From Acidimicrobiia bacterium (lineage in GTDB: Bacteria > Actinomycetota > Acidimicrobiia > Spongiisociales > ZC4RG35), in assembly GCA_965215185.1 (NCBI GenBank), contig OZ244034.1, positions 32,001 through 96,000 of the forward strand: a stretch of DNA of 64,000 nucleotides. Reading direction: 5' to 3'. The translations under genes were made by a program, and so were the position numbers. The first letter of the stretch is position 1; each line of letters opens with the position of its first letter. Below are positions 1 to 14,259 of this stretch, one piece after another. The notes under the pieces are model-generated. The model had not been told where the DNA came from and did not search any database. It saw nothing but the letters and a program-made list of their open reading frames with translations.

Positions 1-1
1 C

Positions 2-2773
<2,772 letters not shown>

Positions 2774-2812
2774 ACAGACCGAGGTAGCGCCGGCGATTGG
2801 TTGGGGCTCTCG

Positions 2813-3796
2813 CTAGGGGCCCGACATTCTTCGGACCCGGGCGGGGCCGGAGATCAAGCCGATGAGGATGCCCATTCCATTGGAGAGTTGCACTATGGCT
2901 GCGGCCAGCCAAGGCCGCGGTCTGGCACCGGTGACGACGGCCAGATAAGCTATCCAGCCGCCTGGCGCCAAAGCAAGAGGCCACCACCATCCGAGCGTGG
3001 GCCCGGTCAACGCTGACGCAGCCAGCATTACCATCAGGCCCAAGGGAGCCAGAGGACGGAGGCTGGGCAGTTCTCGGTTGGCATAGAGCATCTCGGCTTT
3101 TCCCTTACCGTATCGGTAGAACTGTCTCCAAAGCTTGGTTGGGGTGGATCGGGGCCGGTATCGGGAGCGGATGGCAGGGTCCAGCACCACCGTGCCGCCC
3201 TTTTTGCGGATTCGATACGCTAAATCAGCGTCTTCGGCCACTCCACTGGGGAACCTCCTGAAGCCCAGTTCCAGAAGATGGCGACGTTGGATGGCGCCCA
3301 AATAGACGGTGTCGGAGCGGCGCCGTCGGCGGGCCCCCCGATAGGGAGCAGGCCCCACCACCCAGGGACTAGCCATCACCGACGCAACCGCTCGTCCGAA
3401 CGGGTCCGACCCTTCCGGGCGCATCAGCCCTCCCACCAGATCGGCGCCCGTTTCCGCCAAGGCCTCCACATTGCGGCGTAGATAGTCAGACTCGTAAACG
3501 GTATGGGCGTCGGCTCGGACCGCGATCTCTCCGGTGGCCTGCTGTGCGGCCAGGTTCAGGCTTTCGGTCAGGTTTCTCGGGCCATCCGCGGAGGGAATGA
3601 CCACTAGGCACTCCAGCGCTTCCTTCCAGGAAACCAGAGTTGCCACCGTGTTGTCCGCCGAACCCCCATCCACGGCCACTATCTCCCATTCTCCCTGATA
3701 ATCCTGATCTCGCAGGGATTCCATCACCTCTCCCAGCCCCGCAGCCTCGTTGAGAACCGGCATCAGAACGGAGACACTTGGCAACTTAATGGTCAC
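2813..3796 (-). CDS. Glycosyltransferase family 2 (ExoA-like)
   Basis: VSVLMPVLNE, VDGGSAD, RADAH, AEDADL, RQFYRYG motifs; C-terminal TM helices. Confidence 0.9.
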   Translation of the reverse strand: MTIKLPSVSVLMPVLNEAAGLGEVMESLRDQDYQGEWEIVAVDGGSADNTVATLVSWKEALECLVVIPSADGPRNLTESLNLAAQQATGEIAVRADAHTVYESDYLRRNVEALAETGADLVGGLMRPEGSDPFGRAVASVMASPWVVGPAPYRGARRRRRSDTVYLGAIQRRHLLELGFRRFPSGVAEDADLAYRIRKKGGTVVLDPAIRSRYRPRSTPTKLWRQFYRYGKGKAEMLYANRELPSLRPLAPLGLMVMLAASALTGPTLGWWWPLALAPGGWIAYLAVVTGARPRPWLAAAIVQLSNGMGILIGLISGPARVRRMSGP

Positions 3797-3869
3797 GGGT
3801 AATCACCATAGCCACCGGCCGGTCTGGTTGCGCCAGCAGGTCAAACGGCATGCGTACCATTCACGGTCT

Positions 3870-5153
3870 ATGCGCAGCAAATTCGTAATGTCGATGGTGG
3901 TTATCGACCTCGCTCTCTTGGCGGGGTCGGTGGCGCTTTCCTCGGGGATTCTATACGGTACGCCCTTGCCGTGGAATGCCCGGGAAGTGGGATCACGGGT
4001 CTTGCCGATGTTGGGGTTTGTGATGCTGGCCGGGCTGGGCGCCTCCGCCGCCATCTTATCCATGTCGAGGGCGGGAGTGCCCCGCCCTAGCTATGGCAGA
4101 GGTCTGGCCACGGTGATGATCACCCTTTCGGCCGCTGCCCTGATGATCCTGACCACTCGGATATATTTCTCCAGATCTCTTCTGTTGACGACGATGGTGG
4201 TATGGGCCGCCACCGTCGTCCTGCACCGGGTGGGCCGACGCAGACGCCCGTGGATCGAGCCGATGGTGGTGTTCTCCTCTGATCAGGACATGGTCGCCGA
4301 GTTGCAGCGAGCCCCCCACGCTGATGTGAGGGCCGTGATTGATCCCTCCTCCAATCCCGATCAGCGGCCGCTTGATCCGGGGATCACTTTGGTTGTGGAC
4401 ATGGCGGCGGCCCATTCACCGGCGGTGGCCGTACTGCTATCCGGGCACGACCTGGCCGGACGGTTGGTCAAGCCACTGGCTTCCGTCTATGAGGAACATA
4501 CCGAGCGGGTTCCCCTTCTTCGGTTGGTGGAGGACTGGCAGATGACCACCACTTTGCACCGGATCCGGAATTGGCTGTGGGGTAAAAGGGTGTTCGATCT
4601 GGCAGCGGTGATTGTCACCCTGCCGCTTTGGGCGCCGGTGGTGGCGGCCGTGGCGTTGGCGGTGCGGGTGTTCTCCGCGGGGCCGGTGCTATTTCGCCAA
4701 ACCCGGGTGGGCAAGAGTGGTCGGCCTTTCACCATGTACAAATTCCGGACGATGCGCAGCGACGCCGAAGACCAAGGTCCCCGATTCGCGGAGGTGGACG
4801 ATCCTCGGTTGGTGCGGGGAGGGGGGTTGTTGCGACGCTACCGGCTGGATGAGATTCCCCAGTTGTGGAATGTGCTGATCGGCGATATGAGTCTGGTCGG
4901 CCCCCGAGCCGAACAGGTCCTTTTCGTTGAGGAGTTTTCCCGGGAGATACCTTTCTACTCCCTCCGGCACCTGATGAGGCCGGGGGTGACCGGATGGGCG
5001 CAGATCAACGCCGCTTACGCTGCCGACCTGGAAGGCACGGTCACCAAGCTCACTTACGACCTCTACTACCTGAAACATGTGTCTCCGATCCTGGATTTGA
5101 GAATCCTGTGGTCGTCGGTGTGGACGGTTATCACCGCGTCGGGCTCCCGATGA
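3870..5153 (+). CDS. Polyprenyl-phosphate glycosylphosphotransferase (WcaJ/WbaP-like priming sugar transferase)
   Basis: N-terminal TMs; KRVFD, YKFRTM, LDEIPQLWNVLIGDMSLVGPR, RPGVTGWAQIN, DLYY. Start placed at ATG 3870 after a TACCAT -10 element. Confidence 0.92.
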   Translation: MRSKFVMSMVVIDLALLAGSVALSSGILYGTPLPWNAREVGSRVLPMLGFVMLAGLGASAAILSMSRAGVPRPSYGRGLATVMITLSAAALMILTTRIYFSRSLLLTTMVVWAATVVLHRVGRRRRPWIEPMVVFSSDQDMVAELQRAPHADVRAVIDPSSNPDQRPLDPGITLVVDMAAAHSPAVAVLLSGHDLAGRLVKPLASVYEEHTERVPLLRLVEDWQMTTTLHRIRNWLWGKRVFDLAAVIVTLPLWAPVVAAVALAVRVFSAGPVLFRQTRVGKSGRPFTMYKFRTMRSDAEDQGPRFAEVDDPRLVRGGGLLRRYRLDEIPQLWNVLIGDMSLVGPRAEQVLFVEEFSREIPFYSLRHLMRPGVTGWAQINAAYAADLEGTVTKLTYDLYYLKHVSPILDLRILWSSVWTVITASGSR

Positions 5154-6433
5154 ACCAAAACGAACCGGTTCGAGCCGCTGCTGACCGTCGCGGCACAACG
5201 ATGATGGTGGTCGGGGCGATGGTAGGGGGAGTATCCGCCTATCTGTTCCATGCCTGGGGCGGGAGGAGTTTGGGCGCCGAGGCCTATGCCCCCATCGGGG
5301 TGATGTGGACGGGTGCCTTCATCACTGTTGCGGTGTTGTACCTACCACTGGAACAGTGGGTCACCCGCGAGGTCACTCAGACTCGAAATCCACTGTCAGG
5401 GGGAAGGGGATTGGTGCTAGGGGTGATGGCGGTGGCGATGGCTGCCGCGGCCGTGGCAACCGGCTGGACGTTGTCTTCCCTCACCGAGCAGGTCGGAACA
5501 CATGTCATTCAGATGCTGTTGCTGATGCTCGGATACGGGTGTTTTTGGACGGGAAAAGGGATGCTTCAAGGAAGAGGACGGTACGGCCGGGTGGGCTGGA
5601 TGCTGTGTGCGGAAGGGGCGGTTCGGTTGGTGGTGGAGTGGGTGGTGCTGGAGACGGGAGGGGAGGCGACCGGCTTGGGATGGGCAATGGTTGCTGCCCC
5701 GTGGGTGGTGTTTCTCTTCGGTTTCTGGCGAGGGGAAGTACCTGATCGGCCTGCCTCTGCGGGAGCGGTCTTTATCCAGCAATATGTTCTGGGGGCGCTC
5801 GCCGCCCACATCCTGGTGGCGGCCGCCCCGCTGGTGGTGACCTATATGGGCGCCACCGCGGCGCAGGTGAGCGCGGTCTTTATCGTTTTTGTCCTGTTCA
5901 GGGCACCGCTCACCCTCATGTACAGCCTCCAGGGTCGGATACTTCCCCCCTTGGTGCGGATGATGACCAGGGGTGAAGAAGAGTCTCTGCGAAGGCTCGG
6001 GGTGAAACTCTGGGTGTGGTCGGCGGGATTCGCCGTCTTGGCGGGATTGGTGGGGTATTTGGTAGGACCGCTGGTGGTGGAGGTGCTCATGGGTTCCACC
6101 TTCGTGCCATCTGCTCCGGTTGCCGCCCTGGTTGCCGCCGGGACGATGGCGGCTGCCGGTGTGCAACTGATGGGTCAGATACTGGTGGCGGGATCACGGA
6201 CAGGGCGTTTGGCGACCGCCTGGGTAGTGGGTTTGGCAACAGCCGCTCTGATTGCCGCAGTGATCCCCTCAGGGCCGGTGATGGCTGTGGCGATCGGGTT
6301 CGGGGTGGGAGAAGCATTCGCCCTGATCGTGATGGGGAGGATGGCCATGTCCAGTTCAACCCTTGCAGCGGTCAGGTTAGCCCCTCTGCCCAACGGCGAT
6401 GATCGGATCGCAGACCAGGACCTAAACGGCTGA
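5150..6433 (+). CDS. Polysaccharide flippase-like (Wzx/MATE-like) multi-pass membrane protein
   Basis: About 12 hydrophobic segments; ATGA overlap with the upstream sugar transferase stop; polysaccharide gene context. Confidence 0.7.
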   Translation: MNQNEPVRAAADRRGTTMMVVGAMVGGVSAYLFHAWGGRSLGAEAYAPIGVMWTGAFITVAVLYLPLEQWVTREVTQTRNPLSGGRGLVLGVMAVAMAAAAVATGWTLSSLTEQVGTHVIQMLLLMLGYGCFWTGKGMLQGRGRYGRVGWMLCAEGAVRLVVEWVVLETGGEATGLGWAMVAAPWVVFLFGFWRGEVPDRPASAGAVFIQQYVLGALAAHILVAAAPLVVTYMGATAAQVSAVFIVFVLFRAPLTLMYSLQGRILPPLVRMMTRGEEESLRRLGVKLWVWSAGFAVLAGLVGYLVGPLVVEVLMGSTFVPSAPVAALVAAGTMAAAGVQLMGQILVAGSRTGRLATAWVVGLATAALIAAVIPSGPVMAVAIGFGVGEAFALIVMGRMAMSSSTLAAVRLAPLPNGDDRIADQDLNG

Positions 6434-6702
6434 CCAGCGGGGAAGGCAGCGGAGGCACCCGAGAGGTCATGCGTATGCAATCTCCTGCCGCTTCCACCAG
6501 TCCGGCTGACATCAGCACTCTCAGATAGAGGGGTTCATGGACGATGCGTTGCCGGAGCCCGGCCATGAAGAGCTCCAACAGGTCGCGAATCGCCCCCTTG
6601 CCAAGGGCAGCGGCCCAGAAAACGGCAGACATGTTCATGCCCAGGTGAGAAGCCCTCCACAGCGGGATGAACGAGTTCCACTGAAAAGGGGCGGATGCGG
6701 GG

Positions 6703-6760
6703 AAAAGAACGGACGGCATATTGGACCGTCTCCGTCCTAGGGAGGGAGGGGGTAGTAGTC
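6703..6760 (-). ncRNA. Candidate short C-rich RNA (or 3' UTR/terminator of the PBP gene)
   Basis: Minus strand: TATACT/TACTAT -10 elements, then ACUACCCCCUCCCUCCCUA, then hairpin GGACG-GA-GACGG..CCGUC-CGUUC followed by UUUU. Confidence 0.4.
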
Positions 6761-6865
6761 ATAGTATATATACTGCTAACACTTGTTACATAACGGTTGT
6801 TCCTATAGTCGAGTTCTTTAGCGTGGTAGCGGAGGAAACCGCGAGCCGCCCCGCATGGGAAGCAA

Positions 6866-9667
6866 TTAACTGGATTCGGAATCTTCGGATTCGGAATCGG
6901 GTGGCTGGCCGGTGGAGAGGGTGATGGTTACCTGATCTCCGGAGGTGATCTCGGCGCCGGGGGCGGGGTCGGTGGCTATCACCCTCTCCGCTTCCACCTC
7001 CAGATGGGCCGAGTAGGTGATATCGGGGACAATCAATATGCCGGTTTCCTGTGCCACCCGTTCAATGTCTGCGAGGACGTCGGCGATGGTGAGTCCGATC
7101 CAGTCGGGAAGCAGAGTATTGGTGGGAGCCTCACCGGTGGAGAGGGTGATGGTTACCTGATCTCCGGAGGTGATCTCGGCGCCGGGGGCGGGGTCGGTGG
7201 TTATCACCCGATCGGACGCCAGCTCCGGATGGGGTGAGTAGGTCACTTCCAGGATCATCAGCAAGCCGAACTCCTGCTCCAGTCGATGAGCGTCATCGAG
7301 GACTTCGGTGATGGTGAGTCCGGTCCAGTCCGGAAGCGGGGCGGCGGGCGGAGTTCCGGTGGAAACTTCCAGGACTACGGTGTCGGCGTGGAGGGCGCCG
7401 GTGCGGGGCAGGGGGTCTTGGGATAGGACTTGTCCGGCGGGCGCCGAGGAGTTCACATCCACGATCTCCCAGTTAAGCCGTGATCCCACCAACGCCGCTT
7501 GGGCGGATTCCAGATCAAGCCCAATGATCTGCGGTATGGAGGTGGAGGGTCGGAGCAGGTAGCGGTCGAGACCGGGGGGATCGGGTGGGAACCCGGTGGC
7601 CTCTACATCGTCAAGCATGATCTCCATGAACTCCGCCCAGATGGGAGCGGGCACCGATCCTCCGTAGACCCGGCGAAGGTTCTCTCCACCTATGACCACG
7701 TTTTCCAGGGGAATCTGGTTGTGTTCGTAGCCCACCCACACTGCAGTGGTATGAGTGGGGACAAAACCAACATACCAGGCGTCGCGAAACCCTTGATGAG
7801 TGCCGGTCTTGCCTGCCTGAGGACGGCCGATAAAGGCCCGGGGCGCGGTTCCCTCTGGAGTGGGAACCTTGGTGAGTGGTATCCGGGCGGCGGCGAATGC
7901 GGCCGGATCCCCGTGGTTCTCGTACTCCAACTCATGCTCGTAGAGAATTCTGGAGTCGGGCGAGATGATCCGGGAGATGATGTAAGGAGATGCCCACAGT
8001 CCGTTGGTGGCAAAGTTCGAAAACGCCGACGCCATCTCCAGGGGACTGACGGCTCCGGTTCCCAACACTATGGAAAGGACCTCTGGAAGCTCGGATTGGA
8101 TTCCCAGCCGGTGGGCGACCTCCACCACCTTGGCCGGTCCGATGGTTTCCGAGAGTTGGGCGTATACGGTGTTTATGGAGGAACTGGTGGCGTCGGCCAG
8201 GGTCAGAACCCCGTAATCTCGGGTCCCCACATTGTGGACCGTCCAGATGTCGGAGTCGTCCACGCACACCGTTGGGCACTGGATCTCGATAATCGGGGGG
8301 GCCGGGAAAGCGGTTCCCAGGGGGATATTGCGTTCCAGGGCCCCCAACAGAGCGAAAGGCTTCATGCTGGAGCCGGGGTTGCGTCGGCCCTGAATAGCCA
8401 GGTCGAACTGGACGAAGTCGAAGGGCAGTCCCGAGGCCATCACCTTCACCTCACCGGTGTAGTTGTCTACGGTGACGATTGAGCCGGTGGGAGAGCAGGA
8501 GTGTTCGGTGGCGTAGCTTTCCAGATATGACAGGGGGTCGGAGGGAAACAGCGCTTGGCAGAGGATGACGTTCTGCTGATATTCGGGCAGCGGCATCCAC
8601 TCTTCAAGGATGCGATGTGCTTCCCGTTGGAGAGTGAGATCGACTGTGGTTTCGATACGGAGTCCCCCACCTCCCTGGCACTCGGGGTTGTCGGCGGCGC
8701 AGCCGAAGATGGCTTTCTTGCGCTGCTCCGGAGTGTCGCCCAGGAAAGAGAATCGGGGGTGATATAGGAGTTGACGATTTACTTCCGCCACCACATGATC
8801 GGCTTCTCCGCGAAACGGGACATGCTCGGCGATGTCAAGTGGTCTGCTCTTTGCTTCTTCGGCCTCCTCGGGGTCGGCCCAGCCCTTTGCGACCATCTGG
8901 TCGATAATCAGGTCGCGGCGGTTTTCGGCTCGTCCGGGACGCACCCGGGGATTGTAAAAAGTGGGATTCCGGATTAGCACCGCCAAGGTGGCTGCTTCCT
9001 CGAGGTTGATTTTCTCCAGCGGCTTGGCGAAGAATTCCCGGGCGGCGGCGCTTACCCCGTAGGCGCCCGATCCGAAGTAGACCGAATTGAGGTAGAACTC
9101 CAGGATTTGGTCCTTTCCGTAGGTCCTTTCCAAGTCGGTGGAGACAAACGCTTCCCGGATCTTGCGCTCAATGGTTATTTCATCTCCCACGAAGTGGTTT
9201 TTGGCCACTTGCTGGGTGATGGTTGACCCGCCCAGATTGGTTTGGTATAGGAAGTTGTAGACGGCCGTGCGGGCGATGGCAGTGAAGTCGAGCCCCTCGT
9301 GCTCATAGAAGTCGTCATCCTCGGCGGCTAGCACCGCATAGATAACCACTTCGGGAATCTGTGCAATGGGTACCGGCTCTGAAACTCGTCCATCGTGGAG
9401 TTCTGCCAGGAGTTCTCCGTCAGCGGCGTAAACCCGGGAAACCCTGGATAGGTCGGGGAGTGTGAGGTCAATCTTCGAAACGTCCGGATCGAGTCTTCCG
9501 GTTACCTCCTCGAAGACTCCGAAAACGGCGGTGACCCCCATGAAGGCAAACAGCACCGCCCACCCGGCGGCGATCACCACAATGGCTAAAAGGCCGGCCA
9601 GGGACGGCATCCAACGGTCCCTGCGATCTTGGGACTCGGCGCGGTGGAAAGGTGAAGGGCGCAACAT
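6866..9667 (-). CDS. Class A penicillin-binding protein (transglycosylase/transpeptidase) with three C-terminal PASTA domains
   Basis: [37 protein letters not shown]; transpeptidase SSMK, SIN, KTGT; repeated PASTA units. Confidence 0.95.
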   Translation of the reverse strand: MLRPSPFHRAESQDRRDRWMPSLAGLLAIVVIAAGWAVLFAFMGVTAVFGVFEEVTGRLDPDVSKIDLTLPDLSRVSRVYAADGELLAELHDGRVSEPVPIAQIPEVVIYAVLAAEDDDFYEHEGLDFTAIARTAVYNFLYQTNLGGSTITQQVAKNHFVGDEITIERKIREAFVSTDLERTYGKDQILEFYLNSVYFGSGAYGVSAAAREFFAKPLEKINLEEAATLAVLIRNPTFYNPRVRPGRAENRRDLIIDQMVAKGWADPEEAEEAKSRPLDIAEHVPFRGEADHVVAEVNRQLLYHPRFSFLGDTPEQRKKAIFGCAADNPECQGGGGLRIETTVDLTLQREAHRILEEWMPLPEYQQNVILCQALFPSDPLSYLESYATEHSCSPTGSIVTVDNYTGEVKVMASGLPFDFVQFDLAIQGRRNPGSSMKPFALLGALERNIPLGTAFPAPPIIEIQCPTVCVDDSDIWTVHNVGTRDYGVLTLADATSSSINTVYAQLSETIGPAKVVEVAHRLGIQSELPEVLSIVLGTGAVSPLEMASAFSNFATNGLWASPYIISRIISPDSRILYEHELEYENHGDPAAFAAARIPLTKVPTPEGTAPRAFIGRPQAGKTGTHQGFRDAWYVGFVPTHTTAVWVGYEHNQIPLENVVIGGENLRRVYGGSVPAPIWAEFMEIMLDDVEATGFPPDPPGLDRYLLRPSTSIPQIIGLDLESAQAALVGSRLNWEIVDVNSSAPAGQVLSQDPLPRTGALHADTVVLEVSTGTPPAAPLPDWTGLTITEVLDDAHRLEQEFGLLMILEVTYSPHPELASDRVITTDPAPGAEITSGDQVTITLSTGEAPTNTLLPDWIGLTIADVLADIERVAQETGILIVPDITYSAHLEVEAERVIATDPAPGAEITSGDQVTITLSTGQPPDSESEDSESS
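6909..7200. repeat. 67-bp identical direct repeat (6909-6975 and 7134-7200) in PASTA domains 2 and 3
   Basis: ccggtggagagggtgatggttacc...gggtcggtgg occurs twice, 225 nt (75 codons) apart. Confidence 0.95.
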
Positions 9668-9728
9668 AGAACAAAGCAGGCAAGGGGGTAGTTACGATTT
9701 GCCTGACAAACGCGAGCATATAGGAGTT

Positions 9729-11288
9729 ATGGATAAAACCGTTACCACCCCGGGCGGAATAGTGACTAAAGAGGTCTACACCGGTCCGGTGGATGCCTCC
9801 CGGTTGGGCATGCCCGGTGAGTATCCCTTCACTCGCGGGCCCTATCCCTCCATGTATCGACATCGCCAATGGACTATGCGCCAATATGCCGGGTTCGGGA
9901 CCGCTGAGACCTCCAATGAGCGGTATCACGCCCTGTTGGCGGCCGGGCAGACCGGTCTGTCGGTGGCATTTGACTTGCCTACCCAGATGGGTCTGGACTC
10001 TGACCATCCACTGGCTCGAGGGGAAGTGGGCCGGGTGGGGGTGGCCATCGACACGCTGGGCGATATGCAGCGCCTTTTGCGGGGCATTCCCCTCGATGAG
10101 GTCTCCACTTCCATGACCATCAATTCCACTGCCCCAATCTTGCTGCTTCTCTACGAATTGGTGGCCGAGTCGCAGGGGGTGAAACCCGATCAACTGCGGG
10201 GTACGGTGCAAAACGACATGCTCAAGGAGTACATTGCCCGGGGGACCTATATCTATCCTCCCGGCCCCTCCATGAGGCTGGTGACCGATCTGATTGCCTA
10301 CGCGTCCCGGCACGTCCCCCGCTGGAATCCCATCTCGGTATCCGGATATCACATCCGTGAGGCGGGAGCCACGGCTTCTGAGGAGTTGGCGTTTACCATC
10401 GCCAACGGCGCCGCTTATGTCAGGGCGGCGCTGGAGGCAGGTTTGGAGGTGGACGATTTTGCTCCGCGTATCTCGTTTTTTTGGAACAGCCACAGTCATC
10501 TGTTCGAGGAAGTCGCCAAATTCCGGGCTGCTCGACGGATTTGGGCGCGAGTGATGAAGGAGGTGTTCGGTGCTTGTTCTCCCGCCTCACTTCGGATGCG
10601 TTTCCACGCTCAAACGGCCGGCAGCAGTCTCACCGCTCTTCAGCCGGAGAACAACATCGTTCGCACCACGGTGCAGGCCCTGGCAGCGGTGCTGGGCGGA
10701 ACCCAGTCTCTGCACACCAACGGTTTTGATGAGGCTTTGAGCCTGCCCACCCAGCATTCGGCCACCCTGGCGCTGCGCACCCAGCAGATCCTCGCCCACG
10801 AGTCGGGAACCACCGACACGGTCGATCCATTGGCCGGTTCCTATTATGTCGAAGCATTGACAGATGCTCTGGAAGAGGAGGCGAGCAGCTTGTTGGGCAA
10901 GATCGAAGACATGGGGGGCGCGGTGAAAGCCGTGGAATGGATGCAGGCAAGAATTGAGGACTCGGCCTATCGGACCGCCCGAGGGATAGAGGAGGGGAAC
11001 ATTACAGTGGTGGGGGTGAACAGGTACACAGACGAAGATTCCCCGGAACTCGTCATCAGCCGCACCGATCCGGAATTGGAGAAATCTCAGCGGGAGCGGT
11101 TGGTCTCCCACCGCGCAAATCGCCAACAGGAGGCCGTGGACGGGGCCCTGCGGGAGGTGGGCCGAGTGGCTGGCAGGACAGAGAACCTGATGTATCCCAT
11201 CAAGGGGGCGTTGGCGGCCGGCGCTACCTTGGGGGAGGTTTCCGGGGTTTTGAGGGATGTTTTTGGCGTCTACCGGCCTGGATCATGA
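9729..11288 (+). CDS. Methylmalonyl-CoA mutase-family large (substrate-binding) subunit
   Basis: [53 protein letters not shown]; AGGAG RBS before ATG 9729; no DxHxxG B12-binding domain. Confidence 0.95.
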   Translation: MDKTVTTPGGIVTKEVYTGPVDASRLGMPGEYPFTRGPYPSMYRHRQWTMRQYAGFGTAETSNERYHALLAAGQTGLSVAFDLPTQMGLDSDHPLARGEVGRVGVAIDTLGDMQRLLRGIPLDEVSTSMTINSTAPILLLLYELVAESQGVKPDQLRGTVQNDMLKEYIARGTYIYPPGPSMRLVTDLIAYASRHVPRWNPISVSGYHIREAGATASEELAFTIANGAAYVRAALEAGLEVDDFAPRISFFWNSHSHLFEEVAKFRAARRIWARVMKEVFGACSPASLRMRFHAQTAGSSLTALQPENNIVRTTVQALAAVLGGTQSLHTNGFDEALSLPTQHSATLALRTQQILAHESGTTDTVDPLAGSYYVEALTDALEEEASSLLGKIEDMGGAVKAVEWMQARIEDSAYRTARGIEEGNITVVGVNRYTDEDSPELVISRTDPELEKSQRERLVSHRANRQQEAVDGALREVGRVAGRTENLMYPIKGALAAGATLGEVSGVLRDVFGVYRPGS

Positions 11289-12658
11289 TTCCGTTCAGTA
11301 GTGCCGAGGGCCCCACATTTGCAATCTTGGGCGCAGGTCCGGCGGGTGTGACCGCCGCGACCACCGCCGCGGCATTGGGCGCCAGGGTGGTTCTGATGGA
11401 GGAGTCGGTGGTGGGTGGCGGCGCCCATCTTTGGGACTGCATACCCTCTAAGACCATGGCGGCCACGGCCGTCACCAAGGATCTGGTTGACAAGGCGGCC
11501 CGGCTGGGGGTGGTGGCAGGTACGGCACAGGTTGACCAGAGTCAACTGGCTGAACGTATCAAGACCATTTGGCAGGACATCAACATTGGTTTTCTGGAAT
11601 TGCTCCTCTCCCAGGACGTCCACATTGTTAGCGGAAAGGGGCGTTTGAGCGGCCCGCATCGGATGGCGGTTGAGGCCTCGGAGGGAGCCCTCGAATTCGA
11701 TTTCGACTATGGTGTGGTCTCCACCGGATCCGCTCCCCGGGTTCCGGATTGGGCGCCGGTGGATGGGAAGCGGGTGCTTACCACTCGCCATGCATATGAT
11801 CTGGCCGAGGTTCCTGCTCACCTGGTAATAGTGGGCTCGGGAGTGACCGGAGTGGAGTTCACCCACATCTTCAAATCCCTGGGCAGCGAGGTGAGCCTGG
11901 TGGTGAGTCGCCAGCAGATTCTTCCCCATCGCGACCCTGAAGTGGCAGCAGTGTTGCAAAATGACTTTCTCGCAAGGGGGGTCAAGCTTGTCATCGGCGC
12001 CTATGCGGAAGCCATTAAATTCACCGAGGACGGGGTGGTGGTGGAGTGCGACGACGGGCGTCGGGTGAAAGGCAGCCACGTCCTGCTGGCGGTGGGATCG
12101 GTGCCGCTCACTGCGGGGATCGGCCTTGAAGAGGCGGGGTTGAGACTCAACCGCGCAGGTCACATCCAAGTGGACGCCTATCAGCGCACCTCGTTGTCTC
12201 ACATCTATGCGGCCGGGGACTGCACCGGGCAGATGCCGCTTTCCTCGGTGGCGGCTGCGCAGGGCCGCAAGATCGCACGTCACGCTCTGGGGTATCCGGT
12301 CTCCCCAATGGATTTCTCTAATGTGGCGGCGGCGGTGTTCACCTCGCCCGAGATAGCTTCGGTGGGGCTGGAGGATGTGACGGCTGCGGCTCAAGGTCGC
12401 AAAGTTCGCACCACCAAGGTCCCATTCGCCTCCAATCCCCGCAGTGTCCTGCAGGGAAGGGAAGAGGGCTTTGTCAAGGTAATCTCCGACCCGGCCACCC
12501 GGGTGGTGCTGGGGGGGACCATCGTCGGACACCGCGCATCCGATCTAATCGGGATTCTGGCATTGGCCGTGCAGGCGGATGTCACCGTTGACGCTTTGCT
12601 GGAGACCCTGATGGTGCATCCCTCCCTGTCGGAAAGCATCTCCGAGGCCGCCGAGTAG
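11285..12658 (+). CDS. lpdA: Flavoprotein disulfide reductase family, LpdA-like NAD(P)H:quinone reductase
   Basis: GAGPAG FAD motif, single-Cys WDCIPSK (no CxxxxC pair, as in mycobacterial LpdA), IYAAGD, HPSLSE C-terminus. Confidence 0.8.
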   Translation: MIPFSSAEGPTFAILGAGPAGVTAATTAAALGARVVLMEESVVGGGAHLWDCIPSKTMAATAVTKDLVDKAARLGVVAGTAQVDQSQLAERIKTIWQDINIGFLELLLSQDVHIVSGKGRLSGPHRMAVEASEGALEFDFDYGVVSTGSAPRVPDWAPVDGKRVLTTRHAYDLAEVPAHLVIVGSGVTGVEFTHIFKSLGSEVSLVVSRQQILPHRDPEVAAVLQNDFLARGVKLVIGAYAEAIKFTEDGVVVECDDGRRVKGSHVLLAVGSVPLTAGIGLEEAGLRLNRAGHIQVDAYQRTSLSHIYAAGDCTGQMPLSSVAAAQGRKIARHALGYPVSPMDFSNVAAAVFTSPEIASVGLEDVTAAAQGRKVRTTKVPFASNPRSVLQGREEGFVKVISDPATRVVLGGTIVGHRASDLIGILALAVQADVTVDALLETLMVHPSLSESISEAAE

Positions 12659-12890
12659 GGCCGTTTGCCTCAAGCTTCCTAGCGTCTGGGATTCAGGCTG
12701 CTTCGGCATGCTCGATGCCAGGAGTCCGGGGTGGTTGCTTCAAAGATTCCCAAGTTTGGGAAAACAGCAGAGTCTGATGGTCACCGCGGTGGCGGGTCTG
12801 TTGCACATTTGATGGATGGTCGTACCTGGGGAAGTCGGAGTGTTCACTCTTGCTGCGGATGGTCCCGTATTCGGGGTAGAGTTTCAAACC

Positions 12891-14246
12891 ATGCAGCGTC
12901 GCATTTTCGGTATTGAAAATGAATACGGGGTGACGTTCACCCTGCGTGGGCAACGGCGGCTCAGTCCCGACGAAGTGGCCCGATATCTGTTCAGGAGGGT
13001 GGTGAGTTGGGGTCGTTCCTCCAATGTCTTCCTGGAAAACGGCGCCCGACTGTACCTCGACGTCGGTTCCCATCCCGAATACGCCACCCCCGAATGCGAC
13101 ACCATCGAAGACGTGATCGTTTATGATCGGGCGGGTGAAAGGTTCTTGGAGAGCCTCATTCACTCTGCTGAGGAGCGTCTCTCCGCTGAGGGCGTCAAAG
13201 GACAGATCTTTCTGTTCAAGAACAACACCGACTCGGCGGGGAACAGCTACGGGTGTCATGAGAATTATCTGATCAGCCGGTTGAAGGACTTTGAGCGGAC
13301 AGTCAGCATTCTTCTTCCCTTCCTGGTCACCAGACAGATCTTTTTGGGAGCGGGGAAGCTTCATCGAAGCACCCGACAGGTCACCTATTCGATAGCTCAA
13401 CGAGCCGACCACATCTGGGAGGGCGTCTCGTCGGCCACCACACGCAGTCGACCGATCATCAACACCCGGGATGAGCCCCACGCGGACGCCGAGAAATACC
13501 GCCGACTGCATCTCATCGCTGGCGATTCCAACATGAGCGAGTACGCCACGTTTGTCAAAGTGGGGACAATGCTGGCGCTGTTGCAGATGATCGAAGGCGA
13601 CGCCATGTTTCGTGATCTGACCCTGGAGAACCCCATCAAGGCCATTCGCCAGATCTCTCATGATCTGACCTGTTCCACCAATGTCCGACTACAGAACGGA
13701 CGGCTGGTGTCCGCCCTGGACATACAGTGGGAGTACTTCGACCGGGTAACCCGCTACGCTCAAGGACCCGGATTTCCGCCCGAGGTCCAGCGGGCGGTGG
13801 ATCGCTGGGAACATTTGCTAACCGGTCTGGAGAAAGATCCCCTCAGCCTCGACCGGGAGGTTGACTGGGTGATCAAATATCGGCTGCTGGAGGAATACCG
13901 GGAGAGGAGAGGAATCTCGGAAAAAGATGCCCGGTTGGCGCTGGTGGACCTCTCCTATCACGATGTCGACCGAAGTCGCGGGCTCTATTACATGCTGGAG
14001 AGACACGGGCTGGTCGACAAGTTGGTCACGGACGAGCAGGTGTCGCGGGCGCAAACCAGGCCCCCCCAGACCACCCGGGCACGTTTGCGGGGCGCCTTCA
14101 TCAAAGCAGCCAAGGCCCGCCGTCGGGATTTCACGGTGGACTGGATGCATCTGAAGCTGAACGATCAGACCCAGCAAACCATGTTGTGCAAGGACCCTTT
14201 CCGTTCCCATGACGAGCGGATCGAGCGTTTCATAGAATCTCTTTAA
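12891..14246 (+). CDS. pafA: Pup--protein ligase
   Basis: [70 protein letters not shown]. Confidence 0.97.
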   Translation: MQRRIFGIENEYGVTFTLRGQRRLSPDEVARYLFRRVVSWGRSSNVFLENGARLYLDVGSHPEYATPECDTIEDVIVYDRAGERFLESLIHSAEERLSAEGVKGQIFLFKNNTDSAGNSYGCHENYLISRLKDFERTVSILLPFLVTRQIFLGAGKLHRSTRQVTYSIAQRADHIWEGVSSATTRSRPIINTRDEPHADAEKYRRLHLIAGDSNMSEYATFVKVGTMLALLQMIEGDAMFRDLTLENPIKAIRQISHDLTCSTNVRLQNGRLVSALDIQWEYFDRVTRYAQGPGFPPEVQRAVDRWEHLLTGLEKDPLSLDREVDWVIKYRLLEEYRERRGISEKDARLALVDLSYHDVDRSRGLYYMLERHGLVDKLVTDEQVSRAQTRPPQTTRARLRGAFIKAAKARRRDFTVDWMHLKLNDQTQQTMLCKDPFRSHDERIERFIESL

Positions 14247-14259
14247 GGAGGGATGGCCG

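Noticed and set aside
6372-6762. ORFs 6372-6719, 6535-6762 and 6537-6740
   Set aside because: No recognisable motifs; they overlap each other and the terminator-like hairpin. A small peptide from ATG 6762 cannot be fully excluded.
6763-6774. AGTATATATACT as a LexA SOS box
   Set aside because: It matches neither CTGT-N8-ACAG nor the actinobacterial CGAAC-N4-GTTCG.
9462-9728. Long N-terminal extensions in the ORF track (mutase; also pafA, CocE, ArgE, pncB, EamA)
   Set aside because: They overlap divergent genes or promoters; family-typical starts with an RBS or -10 element lie downstream.
12660-12890. A pup gene upstream of pafA
   Set aside because: No short ORF ending in GGE/GGQ was seen.
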